Of a stretch of 64,000 bases of DNA, positions 1 to 11,129 are shown piece after piece; position 1 is the first letter of the stretch, and every line of letters begins with the position of its first letter. A program made the translations under genes and the position numbers. The DNA is from Squalus acanthias (Eukaryota), in the NCBI GenBank assembly GCA_030390025.1, contig JASTWF010000033.1:1118001-1182000 (forward strand). Direction: 5' to 3'. The notes under the pieces are model-generated. The model did not search any database and was not told the DNA's origin. It saw nothing but the letters and a program-made list of their open reading frames with translations.

Positions 1-280
1 ACACAGATTTAAGATAATCGGTAACACAAAAAGCCAGGGAGGAGGCGAGGCGATTTTTTTTTTACGCAGCGAGTTGTTATGATCTGGAATGCACTCCTTG
101 AAAGGTCGGTGGAAGCTGATTCAATAGTATCTTTCAAAAGGGAATGTAAAAAGTAAAACATTGCAGGGCTAAGGGAAGAGCAGGAGAGTGGGACTAATTG
201 GAAAGCTCTTTCAAAGAGCCGGCACAGGCACGATGGGCCGAATGGCCTCCTTTAGTACTGTGTGATTCTATGATTCTATG
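1..280 (+). mobile_element. CR1 LINE 3' end fragment
   Basis: Typical CR1 3' region ending gggccgaatggcctcct followed by a short tandem tail (gattctatgattctatg). Confidence 0.75.
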
Positions 281-486
281 TCCCATCCTTGACAGCAGCC
301 CCTACCCACCTGAAGCGTTTCCCCACCTCTCCCGTGTGTGAGCTGTAAAATGTAGTGGAGGAGAAGGATTGTGAGCTTTTAGTGTGAGACACAAGTGATG
401 TTGTTTAAGGTGAACCAACACATTCCCGATCAGCACAGAGGGAGTTCACTGGTCAGTTCCGCTCTGATGTAGCTATATCGCCAGCG

Positions 487-559
487 GTTTCCGTGGTGTG
501 GTGGTTATCACGTTCGCTTTACACGTGTAAGTTCTCCGGTTCGATTCCAGGTGGATTCA
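487..559 (+). pseudogene. tRNA-Val(TAC) pseudogene
   Basis: gtttccgtggtgtggtggttatcacgttcgctttacac...ggttcgattcc matches the vertebrate tRNA-Val body; several stem mismatches. Confidence 0.8.
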
Positions 560-1042
560 TTTTGTTTTAACTTGTTGTGGATGAACATCTCGTGGCGAGT
601 TTATTCTCCTGTCAAAAGGGCTACAGTGGCTGCTCCCTTATCCTTTTATTGCTCTTTATTTCACTTCACTATATAGATAACTTTGAGTGAGAGAATACTG
701 ATCAACAGTGACGCCCATTTCATCTTTTGATCGCTTTGGGAATCTCCGAATCCCTCCCCGGTAAAGTTCAGAAATGTAATTCATAAATCTGCACGGTGGC
801 CGTCAGTAAGAAGCCTTTTCTGTCAGAATCCGGGAGCGGAGCTGGTTTGAGGCTGAAGATTACCGCTACTGTCGATAGATTTTTGTTGGTTAAGGGTATT
901 ATGGGTTACGGAACCTAAGTAGGTAGATGGAGTTCAGATGCAGATCAGCCCGTGATCTAATTGAATGGCGGAACAGGCTCGAGGGGCTGAATGGCCTCAT
1001 CCTGTTTCTATTGAGTCGCTGCAATGCACCCGAGTGCTGAGG

Positions 1043-1116
1043 GTTTGCGGTGTGTTGTGGTTATCGCAGTCCGCTAACACTCGACAACTCAACGGTTCGA
1101 AAGTGTGCAGAGGCAA
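1043..1116 (+). pseudogene. highly degenerate tRNA-Val(AAC) relic
   Basis: gtggttatcgc...ctaacac...cggttcgaaa; paralogous to 39469-39541. Confidence 0.55.
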
Positions 1117-1511
1117 CCTGATGGCTTTTCTCCATTCAAGTTTAGTAAATATGAAAACTGGAATCAATTACATGTTTCGTTAAGTATGAATAAAATACGC
1201 ATTGAACGGCGAATTATGCCACTCAAATGGCATAGTTACAGTGAGCGAAGTAATTCTCAATGATATTTCCCATATAGGACACAGTTTTGGTTGCGTACTA
1301 TAAGGTTTTTTGGGGAAAGTTGGCGCTGATTTAGGGAATCTCATCCTCGCGTGTCGTTACTGAAGATGTGGACTTATTTTATTTAAAAATTGAGGCTCGG
1401 AACCTTGTCGTTGAGAATGTGGGAGCAGAACAACACAGATTAATAGGATAACACAGGGTCAGCGATATGATTCAAATTGCAGTTTCAATCGGTCTGTATG
1501 GCTATCTTTTT

Positions 1512-1600
1512 AATAAGTTGGTCTCGGGTTGTGATTCTCGCTTCGGGGTTGTTGGTTAAATTTTGCCGGAAGTTCCCGGATTCAAATCCCGGAGGTGCCC
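1512..1600 (+). pseudogene. tRNA-Pro(CGG) pseudogene with 16-nt insert (putative intron, 1548-1563)
   Basis: 5' half gttggtctcgggttgtgattctcgcttcggg and 3' half tgccggaagttcccggattcaaatcccggaggtgccc match tRNA-Pro; insert lies one base 3' of the anticodon. Confidence 0.75.
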
Positions 1601-1875
1601 GCGTTTTGAAATTGCAGTTGAAACTTTTGCAAGAAAGACTTGTCTTTCTGCAGCGCCTTTCACCCACTCAGGACGTCACAGCTGTTTCTCGTCGAAATTG
1701 ATCCCAACGAGAGTGATGTGATTCGGCGAGGGAAATCACGGAGCTTTTCAGGAGGTTACTCACTTTGGAATGCAATATGTTCCCATATATTCGATTGGGG
1801 AAATGTTAGTGAAAGAGTCAGTGGAGAGAGAGAGAAAGAATCAACAATTCAACCTCGCCTTTGACACGTTCTTTC

Positions 1876-1947
1876 CTGTTTGTGGTGTAACGGTGAGCGC
1901 TCCAGACTCTGAATCCAGCGCTCTGAGTTCAAATCTCGGTGGAACTT
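1876..1947 (+). pseudogene. tRNA-Gln(CTG) pseudogene
   Basis: tggtgtaacggtgagcgctccagactctgaatccagcg...gagttcaaatctcggtggaac. Confidence 0.8.
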
Positions 1948-2253
1948 GTTTTGTGTCAATCTCTATGATTCCCATGGAAATGGCGACACTTTTTAAAATC
2001 TGCAGACAGATCGATTCTGGTAAATAACATTCCACAAGCCTCCAATCCTGAGCTGCTGCTGCAATCCATGTTACTGGAGCTCTGAGTCCAGCTCCTGCCA
2101 GAATGACAGAATGCTGTTCTTGGCGGAGATTGTTGAAACGATGCGTCTCTTTGTGTCAGACCACAAGTCTCACTGAGCAGGAGTTAAGAAAGATTCCAGT
2201 GTCTGTGAATGGTCGGAGAGCTGGAGAAAACAGAGTTGGCTCAGAGGAGCGCC

Positions 2254-2325
2254 CGTGGAATGATGTAATGGTGAGCACTCTGGAATTTGAATCCTGTGAT
2301 CTGAGTTTAAATCTCGGTGGAACCT
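2254..2325 (+). pseudogene. tRNA-Gln(TTG) pseudogene
   Basis: tgtaatggtgagcactctggaatttgaatcc...aaatctcggtggaacct; acceptor stem 5' side degraded. Confidence 0.75.
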
Positions 2326-2659
2326 GAATTCTTGTCCTGGGTGTTGGAAAATTTGGAATAAACAATGAAAAGTCTCCTGGAAACCAATCGCTGCTCTGGG
2401 CCGTTTGCTGCCTTCATCAATGAGGATTGATCTCCTTGTCTAGATGTCAAATCACAAGCTCAGCCTGTCTTTCCCTGTTCCAAATCAGCGGAAGTGAAAG
2501 TTGTTTGTTGTCCAATGCAGCGTCTGTCTGCACAACATCATGGTGTTTGCTGAACTTCTCTTTGTAATCTGCATTCAGAAGTCAGACTTGTAGAGTTTCA
2601 AAGCATTGCTTCTTGAAATGCAGACATTGCCTGTACTGTGTTCTCGCACTAGTGCAAAT

Positions 2660-3027
2660 CCCTCCATGGCCTCGCCCCTTTCTATCTCTGTAATCTCCTC
2701 CAGCCCTACAACTCCCCGCGATATCTGCGCTCCTCCAATTCAGGGCTCTTAACAGCCCTGACTTTAATCGCTCCACCATGGGTGGCCGTGCCTTCAGCTG
2801 CCGAGGACCTCAGCTCTGGAATTCCCTCTCTGAACCTCTCCGCCTCTCTATCTCTCTTTCCTCTTTTAACGCGCTCCTTAAAACCTACCTCTGTGACCAA
2901 CTTTCGATCATCTGTGCTAATAATTCCTTTCGCGGCTAGGTGTCACAATTTGGTTCAGAACCCTCCTGCGAAGCGCCTTGGGACGGTCTACACCGGTAAA
3001 GGCGCTATATAGAAGCAAGTTGTTGTT
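2660..3027 (+). mobile_element. L2-type LINE 3' fragment
   Basis: Degenerate RAFS..P.LWNSL-like coding end and tail taaaggcgctatatagaagcaagttgttgtt characteristic of L2-related elements. Confidence 0.65.
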
Positions 3028-3084
3028 TATGACAAAAGAGGCAAGTTTCTTTCAAATATTTGGTCTCAATAAGATGTCAGTGTC

Positions 3085-3155
3085 GGTTCCATGGTGCAAT
3101 GGTGAACACTGTGGACTTTGAATCCAGCGACCTGATTTAAATCTCAGTAGGACGT
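3085..3155 (+). pseudogene. tRNA-Gln(TTG) pseudogene
   Basis: ggttccatggtgcaatggtgaacactgtggactttgaatccagcga; T arm damaged. Confidence 0.8.
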
Positions 3156-3419
3156 GATTTGTGTCAATCTCTGTGTTTTACATGTAAATGCAGACACTTG
3201 TTAAAATCTGCGGACTGATCGATTCTAGACTACAACATTCCACAAACCCCCAGTCGCCTGAGCTGCTACTGCAATCCATGTTACTGGAGCTCTCAGTCCT
3301 GCTCCTGGCACAATGACAGATTTTGCTCTTGACTGAGATAGTTCACTTTTCAGTTGAAACGATTCATCTCTTTGCAACAGACAACAAGTGCCACTGAACT
3401 GGAGTCAGAAAAGATTCCA

Positions 3420-3605
3420 AATGCAAAATACTGCGGATGCTGGAAATCTAAAAACCCTCCAGAAAATACTGGAAAATCTCAGCAGGTCAGGCAGCATCTG
3501 TGGAGAGAGAAACAGAGTTAACGTTTCAGGTGAATGACCCTTTGTCACAACTCTGTTGGTCTCTCCACAGATGCTGCCTGACCTGTTGAGTATTTCCAGC
3601 ACTGG
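3420..3605. mobile_element. palindromic non-autonomous Penelope pLTR mini-element with 14-bp TSD
   Basis: Two inverted pLTR fragments homologous to 17671-17800; TSD cagaaaagattcca (3406-3419) / cagaaacgattcca (3606-3619); empty paralogous site near 2185-2200. Confidence 0.8.
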
Positions 3606-3677
3606 CAGAAACGATTCCACTGGCTGTGAATGTTAGCAGATATTGAGAAAACAGAGTTGGCTCAAGCAGCGGGTGTG

Positions 3678-3749
3678 TGTTCCATGGTGTAATGGTGATC
3701 ACTCTGTTCTTTGAATCCAGTGATCTGAGTTTAAATCTCGGTGGAACCT
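3678..3749 (+). pseudogene. tRNA-Gln(TTG) pseudogene
   Basis: gttccatggtgtaatggtgatcactctgttctttgaatccag...aaatctcggtggaacct; anticodon stem mismatches. Confidence 0.8.
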
Positions 3750-4531
3750 GATTTCTTCTTGTCCCAGCTGTTGGAAAGTTTAGAACAAAGAAGTAAAAGG
3801 CGCCTGAGCCAATCGCTGCTCTGGGCAGTTTGCTGCCTGAATCAATGAGGATTGATCTCGTTACAAATCATTGGAAGAGAAAAGTTGTTGTCCAATGCAG
3901 GGCTTGACTGCTCAACAGAATGCTGTTTGATGAAATGTTCATTTCCATCTGCAGTCAGCTGGTAGACATGAAGAACTTCAAAGCAGTGCTTCTTGAAATG
4001 CAGGCATTGCATGTATTGTGATCTCGCCCTCGAGCAAATTTTGCATTGTCTTTTCAAGCTTTGTGCATCAGTTCCTTGCAATGCTTATACACTTTCTATC
4101 TGGTAAGACTGTAATATAAGTTGTGTTGTGCAGTGTGATTTGCTCAGCATCGACACTTAGCGGAGGGGAAAGTCTTGTATCTGTAGCTATGGATGAGGAA
4201 AGGCCGAGCCCAAGTGGAATAATGGAGATAACCTTGTCCACTATTTGCAATTTTGCTGGGCGGAAAGGTTTGCAAAGAGCCTTGAGGGGGCAGCGATATA
4301 TCGCCATTGAGTGCTGGTCCCCGCCACAAACTCCGTTCCCTGGCCACCGACTCCATCCATATCCCTGGCCACTGTCTGAGGCTGAACCAGTCTGTTCGCG
4401 ACCTTGGTGCCGTATTTCACCCAGCTGGCGCAGTGGGATTTAAACTCACGGCCCCGGATCATTAGTCCAGGTCTCTGGATTACTGGTCGAGTAACAGAAC
4501 CACTGTGACGCCATACCACGTCATTAATCGT

Positions 4532-7097
4532 TGAACATAGAAACATAGAAAACATATTAAAATAGGAGCAGGTGTGGGCCATTCGGCCCTTCGAGCCTGC
4601 TCCGCCATTCAATATGATCATGGCTGATCCTCTATTTCAATACCATAATCGTGCTCTCTCACCATACCCCGTGATACCTTTTGTGTCTAGAAATGTATGT
4701 CATTCTTAAATATATTCTGGTGAAACTTCGCTGCACTCCCTCGATGGCAAGTATGTCGTTTCTTAGGTACGGAGACCAAAACTGCACACTGTACTCCAGG
4801 TGTGGTCTCACCAAGGCCCTGTATAACTGTTGTAAGACACCCTTGCTCCTGTACTCAAATCCTTTTGCAATGAAGGCCAACATATCATTTGCCTTCCTAA
4901 CTGCTTGCTTCATGTTTGCTTTCAGTGAATGGTGTACAAGGACACCCATGTCCCTGTGTGCATCAACAGTTCCCAATCTATCACCATTTAAATAATACTC
5001 TGCCTTTCAGGTTTTTCTACCCAAGTGGATAACTTCACAGTTATCCACGATATACTGCATCTGCCATGTATTTGCCCACTCACTCAACTTGACTAAATCG
5101 CCATGAAGCCTCTTTGCATCCTCCTCACAACTCATAATCCCACCTATTTTCGTGTCAACTGGAAACTTGAAAATATTACATTTGGTTTCCTTATCCAATC
5201 ATTGATAAATATTGTGAATAGCTGGGGCCCAAGCACTGATCCCTGTGGTACCACACTAGTCACCGCCTGCCACACCGAAAAAGACCCATTTGTTCCTACT
5301 CTCTGTTTCCTGTCTGTTAAACAATTTTCAATCCATGCCAGTATATTACCCCCAATCCCATGTGCTTTTATTTTACACACCATTACCTCTTATGTGGGAC
5401 TTTATTAAAGGCCTTCTGAAAATCCAAATACACATATCCACTGGTTCTTCCTTATCTATTCTAACAGTTATATCCTCAAAAAATTCCAGTAGGTTTGTCA
5501 AAAACAATTTCCCTTTCATAAATCCATGTTGACTTTGTCTAATCCCGTTGATATTTTCTAAGTGTCCTGTTATCACATCCTTTATAATAGACTCTAGCAT
5601 GTTTCCTACTACTGATGTTAGGCTAATCGGTCTGTAGTTCCCAGTTTTCTCACTCACCCCTTTTTTAAATAGTGAGGTTACATTTGCCACCCTCCAATCT
5701 TCAGGATCTGTTCCATAATCTATAGAATTTTGGAAGATGAAAACCAAGGCATCCACTATTCCCATGACTACCTCTTTTAGTGCTCTGGGATGCAGATTAT
5801 CAGGCCCTGCCGATTTATCGGCTTTCAGTTACATTAATTTCTCCAAAACTATTTTTTTACTTATACTAATTTCCTTTAATTCCTCCTTCTCACTAGACCT
5901 TTGGTTCCCTAGCATTTCTGAAAAGTTATGTGTGTCCTCTTTCTTGAAGACAGAACCAAAGTATTTTATTAATTGCTCAGCTATTTCCTTGTTCCCCATT
6001 ATAAATTCTCCCGTTTCTGACTGAAAGGGACCTACATTTGTCTTCACTAATCTTTTTCTTTTTAGATGCTTGTAGAAGCCTTTGCAGTCCACTTTTATGT
6101 TCCTTCTTAATCAATCTCGTGGTCTTTTTTTGCTGAACTCTAAACTGCTCCCAATCCTCAGGCTTGCTACTTTTTCAGGCAACTTTATATGCCACCTCTT
6201 TGGATCTAATACTGTCCTTAATTTCTTTTGTTAGCCATGGTTGGGCCGCTTTTCCTTTTGTGTTTTTGCGCCAGAAAGGAATGTATAACGGTTGCAATTC
6301 ATGCATTCGTTCCTTAAATGTTAGCCATTGCCTATCCACCATCATGCATTTTAATGAAGCTCCTCAATCTATCATAGCCAACTCACTCTTCATACTTTCG
6401 TAGTTTCCTTTGTTTAGTTTAAGAATCCTAGATGCGGATTGGACTTCTTCACTTTCCACCTTAATGAAGAATTCTATCATGTTATGGTCACTCTTCCCTA
6501 AAGGACCCTGCACAACAAGTTTATTAATTATTCGCTTCGCATTGCACAATACCCAATCTAGGATAGCCTGTTCCCTATTTGGCTCCTCAACGTACTGGTC
6601 CAAAAAAACCATCTCGTACACACTCCAGGAATTCATCCTCCACAGTATTATAACTAATTTGACTGGCCAGTCTATAAGTAGATTAAACTCACCCATGATT
6701 ACTGTCATACGCTTGTTACATGCATCTCTAATTTCCTGTTTGATGCCACCCCCTGCATTACCACTACTGTTTGGAGGCCTATAGACAACCCCCACCGATA
6801 TTTTCTGTCCTTGGTGCTGCTTAGCTCCACCTAGACTGATACTACATCTTGATTTTCTGAGCCAATATCCTTTCTCAGTATTGCACTGATTTCATCCTTT
6901 ACTAACAACGCCACCCCACCTCCTTTTCCTTTATGCCTGTCCTTCCTAAATATCGAATATCCTTGGATATTCAGCTTCCTGCCTTGGTCACCCTGCAGCC
7001 ATGTCTCCGTAATCGCAATTATATCGTATACATTTACATATATTTGCGCTGTTAATTCGTTTACCTTATTACGAATGTTTCTTGCATTCAGATACAG
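4532..7097 (-). mobile_element. CR1 LINE, degenerate ORF2 (APE + RT) with internal deletion
   Basis: ORF fragments GVVYRPPNS, NYRPISLTSVVG, SQHGFMKG, VPQGSVLGP, LYRALVRPHLEY; many stops and frameshifts. Confidence 0.92.
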
Positions 7098-7647
7098 TTA
7101 ATGAGCAGCACAGAGTCTGAAGCTGGAAATGTAAGTTAGAACAGTGAATTCAATACCAAATCAGGCACAGAAAGCGAAATAAAGAGAGGAAAAGCAAGAT
7201 TGGATCAAGAGAGAGAAAAAACAAACAGAATAAAGTAAAAATATTTTAATTATTTTAAAAATCTAATACAATTGAATTCTGAATGAATGAGACTCCACAT
7301 GTATATAGGTTAATTTTCGGTGCCAGAGAGGTTATTTCACAGTAATTAAGACTTATTAAGACCGTTAAAAAGGGGACTTAGACTGAAATGGACGTGGTTT
7401 CTGCGGTGTGTGAAATATGGTGACGATCTCTCGTTATTAGCCGAGGTGCCGCTACAGGATCCTTTAAAGATCTCCCACGGATCCACTGAAACCAGTCGAA
7501 TGTGCAGCTTTGAGAGGAGCTTTCTGCACCGTCAGGGCAGAAAACGGGAGTGAAGAAGGGACACTTTCGGAATCTGTGCTGAGTTTTAGTCTGTGCAGAA
7601 TTGTACAAAGAAAATATACGGATTCTGTGAGCAATGTCATTTTACTC

Positions 7648-7870
7648 ATAGAGTCATAACTGCAAAGAAGGAGGCCATTCAGCTCATCGAGTCCGCGCCG
7701 ACTTTCTGAAGAGCAATCCAGTCAGTCCCATTCACCCGCTCTATCCCAGTAGCCCTGCAAGATTATTTCCCTCAAGTGCCTGTCCAGTCTCCCCTTGAAA
7801 ACATTGAGCGTCTCTGCTTCCACCACTTCCCTTGGCACCGAGTACCAGGTCATCACCACTCGCTGCGTAT
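7648..7870 (-). mobile_element. CR1 LINE 3' end fragment
   Basis: Reverse-complement homology to the CR1 tails at 1-280 and 54300-54530. Confidence 0.7.
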
Positions 7871-7936
7871 TTAACCGCAACAGGAATTCTTCAATTTTAC
7901 ATATTTATTCAATTTTAATGGGGAAGGTTTTCAAAA

Positions 7937-8010
7937 TGTTTACGCTCGGTTTCGAACCGTGGACTTTTCGCGTGTGAAGACAAACATGATGACCACTACA
8001 CTGCGGAAAC
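7937..8010 (-). pseudogene. tRNA-Val(CAC) pseudogene
   Basis: Minus strand gtttccgcagtgtagtggtcatcatgtttgtcttcacacgcgaaaagtccacggttcgaaaccgagcgtaaaca. Confidence 0.8.
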
Positions 8011-8240
8011 TCTGCCCCGGCCATGGTTGCAAGAGCATCACAGAAGAGAACCGCAGTCTACAAATGCAGGTCCGGGATTAACATTTGTATTAATACACTT
8101 TATTATCTTAAATGATGAACAATTGTTCTAATTGATGAATCAACTTTCTGTTTCAGTCTGAAGGAAATCCTAATATGGTCACCGAGTGATAATACCATAG
8201 CTTGTGGGTTCGATTCCCATACGGAACCATCATACTTATT

Positions 8241-8961
8241 GGGCCGGATATTCCGATCGCTAGGGGTGTGTACGCGTTGTGGACACACCCGTGGGGACAT
8301 CGGAAATGCCGGTTTCAGGCTTGCAAAGCCCATGCGCTGAAACCGGCATTTCCGTTCTGTCAAGAATGCTCTTGACAGATCGGATGCCTTCCCTGGAGAA
8401 GGGCCTCTGTGGGCGGATAGTTCCGCTTTCTGGAGAATCTCTGCCCTTAAAAATCTTACACCTGGTAAAAGCAGGCTTAAGATTTGAAAAAAGTTAAAAA
8501 CATTTTTTTCACTCATTTATCATTTAAAAATAATTCAAAAAAGGTAAGTTTATTTTTAGCCCCATAATAATCTTTAATTATTTTTTTCAAAAGATTGCAT
8601 TTTTGTTTAAAATATTTAATTTTTTGTAATTTCAACTAATTTTAAAAATGTGGTTAAAAAATATATATTTAATATTTTTAAGTGTCTTTGGGGTGATCTC
8701 CATTCATATATTTGACAGGTCTATCTGTCAAGTGTGTGAAGGGAGATTCTCTTCTTTGATTGGCTCCACATGACCTACCTGATCCCAGGAACGCTTGCGA
8801 ACCGCATGCGCCTCTGGTACACGTGGGCCCTGCAGATTTCGAGTTGGAGAGGCCCAGGAGCGGAAGTGCCCGGGCCTCGGGAGCCCTCAGGTAAGTCAGT
8901 AGATTTTCTCCAAATCGGAGGCCTCCGCACGCGGGAATTGTTCGATCGGAAAATACGGCCC
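8241..8961. mobile_element. Harbinger-type MITE (related family)
   Basis: 19-bp TIRs gggccggatattccgatcg / cgatcggaaaatacggccc (17/19); flanks ATT/ATA; AT-rich core resembles the MITEs at 31793 and 53018. Confidence 0.8.
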
Positions 8962-9261
8962 ATAATTTATTATGTCACGGTCTTTTCTAATATTTAAAAT
9001 ACAAGCTTTACAAAGAAAGAAGTGGACAAGGCTTTAGTTTAGCACAAATGCATCAAATGAAATGTTCACCCGGCAGCGCGAGAGAGAAAATTCAGAGAAA
9101 AGGACAGAAGCAAATCGATGAATATAAAACGATATACATATTTCCCATCCTTGTTGTTTCTCTATTCCATCGCCAACCCTTCAGTGTCGGATAAATAATT
9201 TCAGTTAAAATCGTTTAGTTCGAGAACGGGCACCGGCAGAAATCTCAAATGAATTGAAAAC

Positions 9262-9322
9262 TGCCGAAACCCGGGATTGAACCAGGGACCTTTAGATCTT
9301 CTGTCGAACGTTCATCCAACTG
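9262..9322 (-). pseudogene. tRNA-Phe(GAA) pseudogene, 5'-truncated
   Basis: Minus strand cagttggatgaacgttcgacagaagatctaaaggtccctggttcaatcccgggtttcggca. Confidence 0.8.
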
Positions 9323-9723
9323 TTTGTACAAAATGACATTTTAGGTGAGAACACAAAAGACATGTTCGCGCAACCACAGCACCGAGTGCGGGTCTGCATC
9401 CACATGAAATGCTCAGTGAGGTGAAAGATTACCACAAGCTCCTGATGGACATGTTTCCATGTCTAAAATGCAGGCACCGAACAATGCAGCTCCTGGGAAA
9501 ACTGCAAATCCACGCAGGGCTGTCCTGCATCACTTGAAACAAGAGTCAGACACAAGATTCTGCCAGTTTCAAATGGCTTCTCCTTCTGCTCCTATCACTT
9601 CTTTCCCTCCAGCCTCCTCTGCTCCTCCAGCCTGCAGGTGAATTAGATGCTTGATGCAAACGCGGCGAATTCCTGACACAAACCCTTCCCTTTCCCTCCA
9701 AAAACAGCAGCGCTTGCTCTGTA

Positions 9724-9793
9724 GCGGAAATAAAGCAGTTGGGGGAGCGACTGGAGATATTAATGGTCCCTGGGTCAGTCCCGGGTTTCACTA
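9724..9793 (+). pseudogene. tRNA-Phe pseudogene (degenerate)
   Basis: gcggaaata..cagttgggggagcg...ggtccctgggtcagtcccgggtttc; inverted paralog of 9262-9322. Confidence 0.7.
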
Positions 9794-11129
9794 ATTTAAA
9801 GTTTATTTGAGTTTCTTTCCGCTGCTATTCTCGACCGGAACGATTTAAACTGGAATTACTTATCCGGCACTGAAGGGTTGGCGATGGAATAGAGAGACAT
9901 CAAGGATTTATATTTATATAGTTTTTATTTATATCTATTCTCTTCTGTGCTTTTCTCTGGATGTTTTCTCTCTCGGGGCCGGGCGAACATTTCATTGATT
10001 CATTTGTCCTGAACTGAAGCCTTTTGCCCATCTCGCGGGGTCAGAGCGTCTCTGTCTGTCTCTTCCTGCTTCTGACCATTAACGGGAACAGGCCGCCAGT
10101 TCAAAGTTCATCAGCAAACCCAGAAACACAAATAAACAGAAAGATGAGTCTCTCCGCCTCGGTGGCAAAGGTGGCCGTCATTTTACAGAAGGCAAGGAAG
10201 TGTATTTTGGATTGTTGTACCGAATGATGCGCTGCTGACTGTTGCGGCAGTAGCAGCGGTGCAGCAAGTTGAAAGCTTGATCAGGGTGCTTTGATTGGTG
10301 GCAAATCAAACAGCCCCAAAACGCAATGTTTCCTTACCGAGAATCGAATCCGGATCGTAGCTGTCCTCAGAGACAGACAGAAACACAGAGACACACAGAC
10401 AGAGAAAAGCCGTCGGGAAATTGAATACTGATCACTTTACTATCAAGGACCTGGTAGAGTAGTTATGCAGTGCTTGAGGCAAAGGTTCAAACACACACAC
10501 AGACATGTGTGTGTGTGCTCTCTTTGTGTATGTATGTCTCAGATATCAGCCCTGCAAATTTTTCCCATTCAATGATTTAACCAATTCCCTTTTGTAAGTT
10601 ACTATTGAATCTGCTTCGACCGCCATTTCAGGCAGCGCAATCCTGAACACACTCCCTGAGTCACTGGGCTTATCCACTTGTTTGCTGCCTCTGTTTTTTC
10701 TCAGTGCAATATTTAGTTTTGAGCTACTGGCAATAATTGGCCACTAATCGCTCAAAGGGGAAAGTGACTGAGAAATAAACAGTGTCTGTGGCTGCATGAA
10801 ACAGACATACTTTTTCCACTTATATGTTAATTTATTTATCAGCATCAAATCAGAAATTGAGCAGATAAAACGATATTACAGTTCAATACAGAGCAGAGTG
10901 AATGAATTAATATACCTCAGGACGGGGATGGAGCCTCGGCCCTTCCCACAGAAGATCTATATTATATGATTGATTATTGATGTTAGCCGATTTATTTCTA
11001 CACCTTGGAATTCTGGAGAACCTACTTCATTATTTGTAGAACAAGCTGAGCCGACAGCTCCCTCCCTGTAACAACAGATAAGGGTAAGCCAGCAATAGTT
11101 CTGGCTGGTTTACCCGGTACACTCTGAGA

